Assembly (NCBI GenBank): GCA_049690035.1
Contig: JBAVML010000467.1
Location: 1 to 54,740, forward strand
DNA from: Chthoniobacteraceae bacterium
GTDB taxonomy: Bacteria; Verrucomicrobiota; Verrucomicrobiia; Chthoniobacterales; Chthoniobacteraceae
DNA length: 54,740 nt
Reading direction: 5' to 3'
In this document: positions 38,692 to 46,780 of the stretch, one piece after another
Layout of the letters: every line of letters starts with the position of its first letter
How positions within the stretch are numbered: position 1 is the first letter of the stretch
Made by a program: the position numbers and the translations under genes
Notes under the pieces: generated by a model
What the model saw: only the letters and a program-made list of their open reading frames with translations
Databases searched by the model: none
Told to the model about the DNA's origin: nothing

Positions 38692-38714
38692 GTGTCCAAA
38701 GCCCCTTTGGACAC
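38692..38714. promoter_or_regulatory. Perfect palindrome GTGTCCAAAG-CCC-CTTTGGACAC; candidate operator
   Basis: 10-bp arms with a 3-nt spacer, in the divergent intergenic region between the XRE gene and the ORF at 38829. Confidence 0.5.
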
Positions 38715-38828
38715 AAGGGGAAACTTAACCTCGCGACCTTGACTTCTACCATAGGAGCTTAGGATCGTTGCCGCTGCCCGCGAGCGTCGCTGGCGAGTCA
38801 ACATCAGTAGCAAACAGTTCGCCACCAA

Positions 38829-40049
38829 ATGAAAGCCAAAATCAGAACAACATTCACCGTCACAACCGCAATCCTGGCGATGCTTTGCCTATTGGCGTCG
38901 CCTTCGATTAAGGCCCAGGGCACGAATCCGGCGCAGTCAGTCCTCGTCATCAACGTCCACGGCCCGAATTACGATGAAGATGGCTACAATGTGTTTCAGA
39001 CCGTCTCAAACGCGGGGGCCAACGCCACGTACGTCAACCTGGACGTAAACGGCAAGGTCGCCAGCTTACTCCAGACAAACCAGTACGCGCAGGTCTGGGT
39101 GTTTGATCTTTCCCATTTGACTGACGACTATCCCGCCGACTGGCAGGCGATTGCGAATTGGTATCAGCAACACTCGAGCCTGCCGATCATCTGCGACGCG
39201 CGGATCCTTTCTTCCTTTTGGAATGGGCGCTGGGTCGATCAAGGACAGCAATTGGCGGAGAACTACTATGTGAACCTGGCCATGGCCGGGGGAGGACTGA
39301 TGCTGGGCACAGACCATGACGCGTACCAACCCGGCATCAACACCATCAATGCGCTGATCGGGCTGACCCCTTTCTCCGGGTTTTTCGCTCTCGCCACGAT
39401 TCCGGTAGATGCCACCAATCCATTGATGAACTCACCCAACGACCTGACGGCTGGCCTGGCCGACGATTCGACACCCGGGCAAGTGCCTTACGGCCTGCAG
39501 CCGAACGGGCGTGTGCTTTACCCCATCGCCTGGCAGGGAGGCAACGAGTTCACACCCGGGATCTCGACCACGCTCCGCAGCATCAGTCAGTTTCGGGTAG
39601 GGATTCCGTCACCAGCGAACGGGTCGCAATTCGCGCAAGGCGCGGCTGTGACATTGACCGCCACCCACACCAACGGCCTGACGCCGGTGCAATACAACTG
39701 GAAGTCCGATCGAGACGGCGCGTTAGGCGCGGGCAGTAGCCTCGTGACCTCCAATCTTTCCGCTGGCGCGCACATCATCACGGTGGTCGGAGTGGACAAC
39801 AACAACCAAGTCGATGTGGCCTCGGTCACCGTCAATGTCGTGGCGCTAACAATCAACATCGCACACGCGGTGGAAATCTGGTGGCCGTCCGTCACTGGAC
39901 GACTTTATCAGGTCCAGTGGGCCTCAGAGTTGGCGCCCGCCGTTTGGTCGGATTTCGGCCCGCCCGTGCTAGGTAACGGAACAACCAACTCCGTGTTCGA
40001 TTCGACACGGCAAACCGAAAAACGCTTCTACAGGATCATCCTGCCCTGA
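38829..40049 (+). CDS. Hypothetical secreted protein with an Ig-like domain and a C-terminal ..RFYRI domain
   Basis: Signal peptide. Ig-like segment SPANGS.F..G..V.L.A...W.SDRDG.LG.G...LS.G.H.IT. Terminal W.S..G..YQVQ...L...W...D......RFYRI. Visibly more AT-rich codons than neighbouring genes. Confidence 0.8.
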   Translation: MKAKIRTTFTVTTAILAMLCLLASPSIKAQGTNPAQSVLVINVHGPNYDEDGYNVFQTVSNAGANATYVNLDVNGKVASLLQTNQYAQVWVFDLSHLTDDYPADWQAIANWYQQHSSLPIICDARILSSFWNGRWVDQGQQLAENYYVNLAMAGGGLMLGTDHDAYQPGINTINALIGLTPFSGFFALATIPVDATNPLMNSPNDLTAGLADDSTPGQVPYGLQPNGRVLYPIAWQGGNEFTPGISTTLRSISQFRVGIPSPANGSQFAQGAAVTLTATHTNGLTPVQYNWKSDRDGALGAGSSLVTSNLSAGAHIITVVGVDNNNQVDVASVTVNVVALTINIAHAVEIWWPSVTGRLYQVQWASELAPAVWSDFGPPVLGNGTTNSVFDSTRQTEKRFYRIILP

Positions 40050-40059
40050 GCAGCAGCAA

Positions 40060-40425
40060 CACGCGGCGACGCGTGCTGCGGTGCGGGAGCGGGCCGGGAA
40101 CCGCTGCGAATACTGCGGCTTGCCGGAGGCCGCGGAGCCTTTCTTCTCCTTTCACATCGAGCACATCGTCGCCCGTCAGCACGGCGGCGGCGATGCCCAG
40201 GAAAACCTCGCCTGCCACCACTGCAACGCGCGCAAGGGCACGAAACTGACGGCGATCGACCCGGCCGCGGGGACGGTCGCCTCGTTGTTTCATCCGCGCC
40301 GCCACTAGTGGACCGCTCACTTTGCCCTCAACGGAAATCTCATCGAGGGCCCCACCGCCACTGGCAGTGCCACGGCCGCGCTGCTCAATGTGAACGCGCC
40401 GGATCGGCGGCGCTTGCGCGGGTGA
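40060..40425 (+). pseudogene. HNH endonuclease pseudogene
   Basis: Translation AATRAAVRERAGNRCEYC...FHIEHI...HGG...NLACHHCN.RKG...LFHPRRH*WTAHF...G.TATG.AT..LL..N. In-frame TAG at 40306-40308 with homology continuing after it. No ATG at the expected N-terminus, and the usual NLALAC appears shortened to NLAC. Confidence 0.75.
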
Positions 40426-40431
40426 AGTCGG

Positions 40432-40490
40432 TAATTCGGAGGAAACTTTCTTCTCCGGAGCAAATCGCGAATGCTCCGAATTATTTCTTT
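40432..40490. terminator. Candidate hairpin/terminator between the convergent HNH remnant and priA
   Basis: CGGAGCA-AATCGCGAA-TGCTCCG followed by AATTATTTCTTT. Also a TAATTCGGAG (40432) / CTCCGAATTA (40474) inverted repeat. Confidence 0.35.
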
Positions 40491-40526
40491 CTCTGCGGGG
40501 GCATTGGAGCCTTCTCACTTCGGCTG

Positions 40527-42746
40527 CTACAGGAGGTGGTAAGCGTCCACGTCCACCGTGACGAAAACGTCCTCGGGGAAGGTCAGCTTTTCCAGGACCT
40601 CGGCCAGCTTGCGGCTCAAGCGCAGGACCGCGCGGCTGCGCAGCATGAGGTGAAAGCGGTAGCTGCCGTGTGACTTCTCCAGCGGCGCGGGCGCGGGCTC
40701 GCTGAGATTGGTGCCCTCGGGCAGCGCCTCCTTCAACCGGCGATGCAGCGTCTCGGCGGAAAAGCTCGCGCGCTCCTGGTGCGCGGAGCGGATGACGATG
40801 AGCACGAGGTGCGTGAACGGCGGCTGATCGTAGTCGCGCCGGTGCTGGATCTCCGCTTCCCAAAAGCCGTCGAAATCGTGATGCCGCGCGAACTGAATCG
40901 CGGGATGAAATGGCGTGAAGCTTTGCACGAAAACCTCGCCCTCCACGTCGCCGCGACCGGCGCGACCGGCGACTTGGGTGAGCAATTGAAACGTCCGCTC
41001 GCCGCCGCGGAAATCCGGCATGTGCAGGCCGAGGTCGGCGTTGACGATGCCGACGAGCGTGACGTTCGGAAAGTGCAGCCCTTTCGCGATCATCTGCGTG
41101 CCGACGAGGATGTCGATCTTGCCGGTGCGGAAGGCGCCGAGCGTCTCGCGATACGCTTCCTTGCGCTGCATCGCGTCGGCGTCCATGCGCTTGATCACGG
41201 CGGTGGGGAAGAGCTTCGCCACGGCGTCCTCGACCTTCTCCGTGCCGGTGCCGGAATACTTGATGCCCGGCTGCGCGCAGGCCGGGCACTTGGTCGGCGC
41301 GACGGATTGGTAGCCGCAGATGTGGCAGACAATGCGGCTCGCTGCGCGGTGGAAGGTGAGCGCCACCGAGCAGTTCGGGCATTCGCAGACGTGCCCGCAC
41401 GAAGCGCAGATCAGCGAGGTGGAAAAGCCGCGGCGATTGAGAAAGAGAATCGTCTGCTCGCGTTTCGTGAGGCGGTCGTTGATCGCGGTGATCAGTTTCT
41501 CGGAGAGGATCGCGCCGAATTTTTTCGACTCCATGCGCATGTCCACGACGCGGATGTAGGGCATCTTCTTGTCGTCCACACGCGTGGTCATGCGCAGCAG
41601 TTCGTATTTGCCGAGCTGCGCATTGTGGTAGCTCTCGAGCGAAGGCGTCGCGCTGCCGAGCAGCACCGCGCACTTTTCCATGCTCGCCCGCAGCACCGCG
41701 AGGTCGCGGCCATGGTAGCGCGGCGTTTCCTCCTGCTTGTAGGAATTGTCGTGCTCCTCATCCACCACGACGAGCCCGAGGTCCGCGCACGGCGCGAAGA
41801 TCGCCGAGCGCGCGCCGATGATGATGCGCGCACGGCCTTCGCGGATCTTGTGCCATTCATCGTGGCGCTCGCCTTCGCTCAAATGGGAATGCAGCACGGC
41901 GACCTCGTGCCGCGTTTCCGCGAAGCGCGACTTGAAGCGCTCCACGGTCTGCGGCGTGAGCGAGATTTCCGGCACGAGCATGATCGCGCTCTGCCCTCGC
42001 TCGAGGACGAGTTGGATGGCTTGCAGATAGATTTCCGTCTTCCCACTGCCGGTCACGCCGTGAAGCAGGATCGGTTTGGGCACACCGGCCTCATCGAGGG
42101 CCAGCTTCACCCGCTCGAAGACCGCGAGCTGTTCCGGGTTCATCTCCAGCGGTCCAGCGGCGACGAAGGTCTCGCGCTGATGCGGGTCGCGCTCGACCTT
42201 GGCCGAATCCGTGACGACGAGCCCCTTCTTCACGAGCGCCGTCACCACCTGATGAGTCGCGTCGCACTTTTCCATCAACTGCGTTACCGCCACGGCTTCT
42301 TTTACCTCGCTGAGGAATTGCAGCACCGCTGCCTGCAGCGGCGCCTTCTTTTGCAGCGCCTCGATCTCCTCCGCACTCACCGGGCGCGCGAGCCGCGCGA
42401 AGAGCTGCGTCTTGTGCCCGACCTCAGCCTTGCGAATGACCTGCGGCAGCACGCTCTTCATCGCGGCCTCGATCGAGCAGCAGTAGTAATCCGCAATCCA
42501 CGCGCCGATCCGCAGCAGCACCGGGCTGAGGATCGGCTCCGCGCTGATCACGTCCGCGATCATCTTCACGCCCGGCACATCCGTTTCGTCGAGCAGCTCG
42601 ATCACCGTGGCCAGCGCCGTCCGCGTGCGCACGGGCACCCGCACGCGCGCCCCCGGCGGCAGCGTTGCCGCCACCGCCTCGGGAAGCTCATAGACAAAGG
42701 ACTTCCCGGCGGAGTCATCGACGAGCACGCGGGCAAATTTGGGCAT
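40527..42746 (-). CDS. priA: Primosomal protein N' (replication restart helicase)
   Basis: Start MPKFA. Motifs LHGVTGSGKTEIY, LVPEISLTPQ, DEEHD.SYKQ, GSATPSLES, LNRRGF, Cys-rich Zn motifs and GTQMIAKGLHFPNVTLV. Confidence 0.96.
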   Translation of the reverse strand: MPKFARVLVDDSAGKSFVYELPEAVAATLPPGARVRVPVRTRTALATVIELLDETDVPGVKMIADVISAEPILSPVLLRIGAWIADYYCCSIEAAMKSVLPQVIRKAEVGHKTQLFARLARPVSAEEIEALQKKAPLQAAVLQFLSEVKEAVAVTQLMEKCDATHQVVTALVKKGLVVTDSAKVERDPHQRETFVAAGPLEMNPEQLAVFERVKLALDEAGVPKPILLHGVTGSGKTEIYLQAIQLVLERGQSAIMLVPEISLTPQTVERFKSRFAETRHEVAVLHSHLSEGERHDEWHKIREGRARIIIGARSAIFAPCADLGLVVVDEEHDNSYKQEETPRYHGRDLAVLRASMEKCAVLLGSATPSLESYHNAQLGKYELLRMTTRVDDKKMPYIRVVDMRMESKKFGAILSEKLITAINDRLTKREQTILFLNRRGFSTSLICASCGHVCECPNCSVALTFHRAASRIVCHICGYQSVAPTKCPACAQPGIKYSGTGTEKVEDAVAKLFPTAVIKRMDADAMQRKEAYRETLGAFRTGKIDILVGTQMIAKGLHFPNVTLVGIVNADLGLHMPDFRGGERTFQLLTQVAGRAGRGDVEGEVFVQSFTPFHPAIQFARHHDFDGFWEAEIQHRRDYDQPPFTHLVLIVIRSAHQERASFSAETLHRRLKEALPEGTNLSEPAPAPLEKSHGSYRFHLMLRSRAVLRLSRKLAEVLEKLTFPEDVFVTVDVDAYHLL

Positions 42747-42860
42747 GCGCAGAAGATGAAAGCGCGCGGCGCGGAGGCGAAGTCTTTTGTCGGGCGCGTG
42801 CATCTCCGCCACGAATTTTTGTCGAAGTTTTCCCGTGGCGCGGTTTGATTGCTCGCTCCC

Positions 42861-43466
42861 ATGTTTGGCTTCCTCAAGCGGCTCATCCTCGTCCTCGCGC
42901 TGGCGGCGCTCACCGCAGCGGGCCTGCTGCTTTGGCGATCGCCCGATCCGCTCTACACGTTCGATAGCTGGCGCGCGTTCGGACGGTTTTCGGACTACGA
43001 CGCGCTGATCACGGACATTGCGAACAAGCACGGTGTCGATCCCATGCTCGTCAAGGCCGTCATCTGGCGGGAGAGCGCGTTTCATTCCGACAAGATGGGG
43101 ACGCGCGGCGAGCGCGGCCTGATGCAGGTGGGCGAGGGCGCCGCGCGTGACTGGGCTGCCGCGGAGAAGATCGAGACCTTCGTGCCGACCGATCTTTTCG
43201 ACGCCAAAACGAACTGTGATGTGGGGGCTTGGTATTTGAAAAAGGCGCTCACCCGCTGGAAAGCCAAGGCCGAGCCGATCCCGTTTGCGCTCGCCGAATA
43301 CAACGCCGGCCGCACGCGGGTCGATCGCTGGATCGTGGCGACCGATCTCGGCGACAAGGCGGCTGCGGAGGATCTGATCGCCGCCATCGATTTCCCGAGC
43401 ACCCGCCGCTACGTCGAAGACATCGTCCGGCGCTACCGCTACTATCAGGCTTGCGGGCGACTTTAA
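42861..43466 (+). CDS. Lytic transglycosylase (SLT domain) with N-terminal membrane anchor
   Basis: Motifs AVIWRESAF, GLMQV, AEYNAG and T..YV. Confidence 0.9.
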   Translation: MFGFLKRLILVLALAALTAAGLLLWRSPDPLYTFDSWRAFGRFSDYDALITDIANKHGVDPMLVKAVIWRESAFHSDKMGTRGERGLMQVGEGAARDWAAAEKIETFVPTDLFDAKTNCDVGAWYLKKALTRWKAKAEPIPFALAEYNAGRTRVDRWIVATDLGDKAAAEDLIAAIDFPSTRRYVEDIVRRYRYYQACGRL

Positions 43467-43569
43467 GGGTGCGGGATTTTGCGTCCCCGTCCTCGCCGCG
43501 GACGAACATCCTCTGCCGGGCGTTTTCCGATTTTACAACGCCGAGCCGCTCGCCTAATTTTTCGCTCGT

Positions 43570-44424
43570 ATGCGCCCCTCCCGCCGTCAAACGCAGCCGT
43601 TCATCCGACGGTGGACTTCAGGGCGTCCCTCGGCGACCGCACTCCTCGTGGCGATCACGGTGGGTGGATATGTCGCCCAGGAGTTGCTCCAGTACATGCT
43701 CGCCGAGCACGAGCAGGCCAATCTCCTTTGGCAATGGCTCGCGCTCGATCGAGCCAGTGTGATTTCAGGGGAATACTGGAAATTCATTTCCTACTCACTG
43801 CTGCACTCGCATCCGGCGCAGGTGATCGTCAATATGGCGCTGCTTTTCTATGCCGGGCGCGAAGTGGAATCCATCGTCGGGGCGCGGCATTTCCTCACCA
43901 TCTACGGCGCCGGGGTGCTCCTCGGTGGCGCGGTTTCCTGCTATGCCCTGCCCGGGCTCCCCGTCGTCGGCACCACGCCCGCCGTTCTCGCCGTGGTGGT
44001 GGCCTTCGCCACGATTTTGCCGGAGCTCGAGGCCACCCGGAATCTCTTCTTCGTCCTGCCCCTGCGGGTACGGGCAAAATGGTTTGCGCTCGCGCTCATG
44101 ATCATGAGCGGGGTCATGTGGGCCACGCTCACGCCGCCGCAAATCGGCGCGCCCGGCATGGTCGCCGCGGGCGTCTTTTCGTGGTTCTATGTGAAGCAAC
44201 TCGGCTTCGGCAACCCACTCGCCATTCAGCGCTATATCTTCAATCGCCGGCAGCGCGCGGCGCGCCTCGAGCGGATGAACGCCGATCAATTCATGAGCTC
44301 CGAGATCGATCCAATCCTCGACAAAATCTCGCGCGAAGGCATGCACAGTCTGAGCCGCGCGGAGAGGAAAATCCTCGCGCTCGGCCGGGAGAAGATCGCG
44401 GGCCGCACGACCGCTACGAAGTAG
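43570..44424 (+). CDS. Rhomboid-family membrane protein with a C-terminal DUF6576-like tail; catalytic residues appear lost
   Basis: Motifs W..ISY.LLH...NM..L.Y.GR.VE..VG...F...Y, P.R.KW and IDPILDKISREG..SL...E...L. The GxSG motif reads GTTP and there is no TM6 His. Confidence 0.8.
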   Translation: MRPSRRQTQPFIRRWTSGRPSATALLVAITVGGYVAQELLQYMLAEHEQANLLWQWLALDRASVISGEYWKFISYSLLHSHPAQVIVNMALLFYAGREVESIVGARHFLTIYGAGVLLGGAVSCYALPGLPVVGTTPAVLAVVVAFATILPELEATRNLFFVLPLRVRAKWFALALMIMSGVMWATLTPPQIGAPGMVAAGVFSWFYVKQLGFGNPLAIQRYIFNRRQRAARLERMNADQFMSSEIDPILDKISREGMHSLSRAERKILALGREKIAGRTTATK

Positions 44425-44481
44425 CGCTCGGCCACCTGCCACGGGCCGGATGTGGCCGTTTGCGGCTTTCACTTTCGCCGC

Positions 44482-45777
44482 TCAGCGTGGAAGCAATTCC
44501 TCCCAGCGTTGGATGCCGATCACCGGCAGCGCGAACGCGAATGCCTTCTCCCACTCCGGCGTATCGGCGAGGCGGAAAACCTCGTACATCTGCCGGTGGC
44601 GATCCGGAGTGAAAATCGTGTCGGGCTGGTGCGTCCAGAGGCCGAGATTGAGCCCTTCGTGGGCGTGATCCACGTGGCGGTGGAGAATGAACGCGTCGAT
44701 GCCGTCGAGGTGCGCGACCTTCCACCATGCGGCGCAAAACGCGGCTGCCTGGTCGCGTTCGCCGTCGGGGCGCTCGGGGCAGTGAAAGCCTTGCTCGGAC
44801 AAAATGATGCGGCGCGGCTTCCCGGCGAATTGCAGCTCCGGCTTCGCCATGAAGCGCGGGAGCAGGTCGAGATTGTGGAAGGTGATGCGCGGGCTGTCAT
44901 CCGTGCGCAGCGCCGACTTGTCGCGCCAGAATCGCGGCTCGCCGAGATTTTCCGGATACGGATGATAGGCTAGGTGCCAGTCGAAGTCCCCGCGTTCCCG
45001 CGCCAGCCGCGCAAACGTCTCCAGCAGCTCGCGCCCGGGGCACGACTGATCAGGCGCGCCGGGCGGGTAGCGGATGCCCCAGTGGTGTTCCATTGAGAGA
45101 AAGACGCGCGCATTTTGCGAATGCTCGCGGACCGCGTCATGCACCAGCCGCACCGCGCGTTCGTAGTTGTCGGCCACCTCGGCGACGCTGGCGCGGCCCA
45201 TGTTGTCCCACCACCAGTGCGAGTTCACTTCGTTGCCCACGATGTAATTCCACACCCGCCCGTGCGGCGCCGCCGGATCGCTGTAACGCTGCGCGAGGAA
45301 GCCAGTGACCGCGCGCAGTTGCGCGATGCCCTCCGGCGTCTCGACGTTGAACGCGCTCATCTTGTTCGTCTTGGCCGCGCGATCGTAGCGCGGGTGCAGC
45401 AAGATGGCCGCGAGCGCGGGATCGGCGGGTTCGTAGTTCAGCACGATGAGGCTCACGAGCACGCCGGCATCGGAGAGCGGCTTCACCTGCGCATCGAGCG
45501 CGCGCATCGGGCCCGGCCGAAAGAAAAAATCCCGCCCGTCGAGCGAGTAGCGGAGCGAGTCGGGTTTGGGCTGGAGTTCGATGAGTTGCGCGATGGCGCA
45601 ATTCAGCCCCGCGTGCCGGATGCCGAGCGCCAGCGCATCATCCACCATCTGCACCTGCAGCCCCTTTTTTGAAGATGGCGTCGGGTACGGCTCCGGATTC
45701 GGCGCGGCAAAAAGCGCACACGTCGCAGAAAGCGCGGACGCTACCGCAACCAGCATTCTTGCGGACTGCCCCGTCAC
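44482..45777 (-). CDS. DUF5722-like secreted glycoside-hydrolase-fold (clan GH-A-like) protein
   Basis: GTG 45777 overlaps the upstream stop. Motifs SKKGLQVQM..DA..LG, FLA.RYS, YIVGNEVN (acid/base), AYHPYP and IILSEQGF (nucleophile). Confidence 0.75.
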   Translation of the reverse strand: MTGQSARMLVAVASALSATCALFAAPNPEPYPTPSSKKGLQVQMVDDALALGIRHAGLNCAIAQLIELQPKPDSLRYSLDGRDFFFRPGPMRALDAQVKPLSDAGVLVSLIVLNYEPADPALAAILLHPRYDRAAKTNKMSAFNVETPEGIAQLRAVTGFLAQRYSDPAAPHGRVWNYIVGNEVNSHWWWDNMGRASVAEVADNYERAVRLVHDAVREHSQNARVFLSMEHHWGIRYPPGAPDQSCPGRELLETFARLARERGDFDWHLAYHPYPENLGEPRFWRDKSALRTDDSPRITFHNLDLLPRFMAKPELQFAGKPRRIILSEQGFHCPERPDGERDQAAAFCAAWWKVAHLDGIDAFILHRHVDHAHEGLNLGLWTHQPDTIFTPDRHRQMYEVFRLADTPEWEKAFAFALPVIGIQRWEELLPR

Positions 45778-46379
45778 TCCGCCCCCTGGTCCGGCGGCGG
45801 ATTCGGCCCCACGTAAATGCCATCCGCGGGCCAGTCCTTCTTGATGTAGCCAGCCTCCATATTCACCGGCAGCACGTAGTTGCGCATCACCCGCACCGGC
45901 GCCAGCACGCGGATCGTCTGCACTTCCTCGATCGAATCCGCGCCATGATTTTTCAGCAGGCTCGGGATCAACTCCTCCTGCACCGTCTGCACGATGTCCG
46001 TATCGCTCGCGCCATCGATGAAGAGCAGCATCGCCAGCTTGCCGTCGATCTCCGCGATGTGGCTTTCGAAGATGATCTTCGTAAAAACCGAGCGCACCGA
46101 GGGCTCGCGCTGGATGTCCTCGAGGAGCTGCTTGTAAGTCACCCCGATCCGAAACTGGATGATGTAAAGATGTCGCGCGCTGAACTGCCCGGTGCCGTGC
46201 GACGAGAGATCGAGATGCGTGAAATAGCTCAGGATTCCCGCCTGCTCGAGCTTCTGCCGTTTGCGCCCCACCGTCCGCACGTTCACGCCGGTGGCCTCCC
46301 CGATGCCGTTGTCGCTTTCGCGGGGATCGCGGATCAAATGGCGGACAATCAGCCGCTCCTGTTCGTCTAGTTCTCTCAT
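45774..46379 (-). CDS. Lrp/AsnC-like winged-HTH transcriptional regulator
   Basis: LDEQERLIVRHL.RDPR.S...IG..TGV..RTV..KRQKLEQAGI matches the AsnC HTH pattern. Extended C-terminal domain. Confidence 0.75.
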   Translation of the reverse strand: MRELDEQERLIVRHLIRDPRESDNGIGEATGVNVRTVGRKRQKLEQAGILSYFTHLDLSSHGTGQFSARHLYIIQFRIGVTYKQLLEDIQREPSVRSVFTKIIFESHIAEIDGKLAMLLFIDGASDTDIVQTVQEELIPSLLKNHGADSIEEVQTIRVLAPVRVMRNYVLPVNMEAGYIKKDWPADGIYVGPNPPPDQGAE

Positions 46380-46525
46380 GCCGTGCGCTTGGGGGTTCGT
46401 GTGGAAGTAATGCAGAACTTAGGCGGCGTTTGCGTGAAACGCGACAATTTTCCGCCAAATCGATCAGCAATTTGACAGGAATTGGACGAAACATCCGCCG
46501 TCACCGTCCCTGGCGAATCCGGAGA

Positions 46526-46780
46526 TTAGGGCTTCCGACCGCGCAGTTGCTTCGCAGCGTCCCACTTCGCGGGCGCCGGTTGCGCCGTGCTCGACCAGGG
46601 CATCCCGCGCTTCACCCACGCCTCGCGCCAGGTCGCGTGAGTGTGTCCTTCATCGTCATCCGAGACGCCAAACTCGAAGCCACACGACGGACAGATCTCG
46701 TACGATCCGCCGCCGGATTTCGAGCGCGGCGCCTCGTGCAATTTCGGCCAGCCGCAGACAGGGCAGACGTGATTTTTCAT
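46526..46780 (-). CDS. Small Cys-rich (CPxCG x2) protein; candidate immunity protein
   Basis: ATG 46780 overlaps the upstream stop (ATGA). Sequence MKNHVCPVCGW...SYEICPSCGFEFG.SD.....W.EAW...G.PW. Confidence 0.7.
   Translation of the reverse strand: MKNHVCPVCGWPKLHEAPRSKSGGGSYEICPSCGFEFGVSDDDEGHTHATWREAWVKRGMPWSSTAQPAPAKWDAAKQLRGRKP

Noticed and set aside
40306..40308. In-frame TAG in the HNH gene as pyrrolysine or recoding
   Set aside because: TAG is used as a normal stop by many genes here, and the gene has other lesions.
36436..40526. Accessory patch as a prophage, IS or integron
   Set aside because: No integrase, transposase or phage structural gene recognised, and no flanking direct repeats or attC-like sites seen by eye.
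42747..43085. Extended N-termini of priA (and similarly scpA, tolB, pal, DUF5722, DUF1080) in the ORF track
   Set aside because: The extensions overlap neighbouring genes or intergenic DNA and lack family similarity. Downstream starts fit better.
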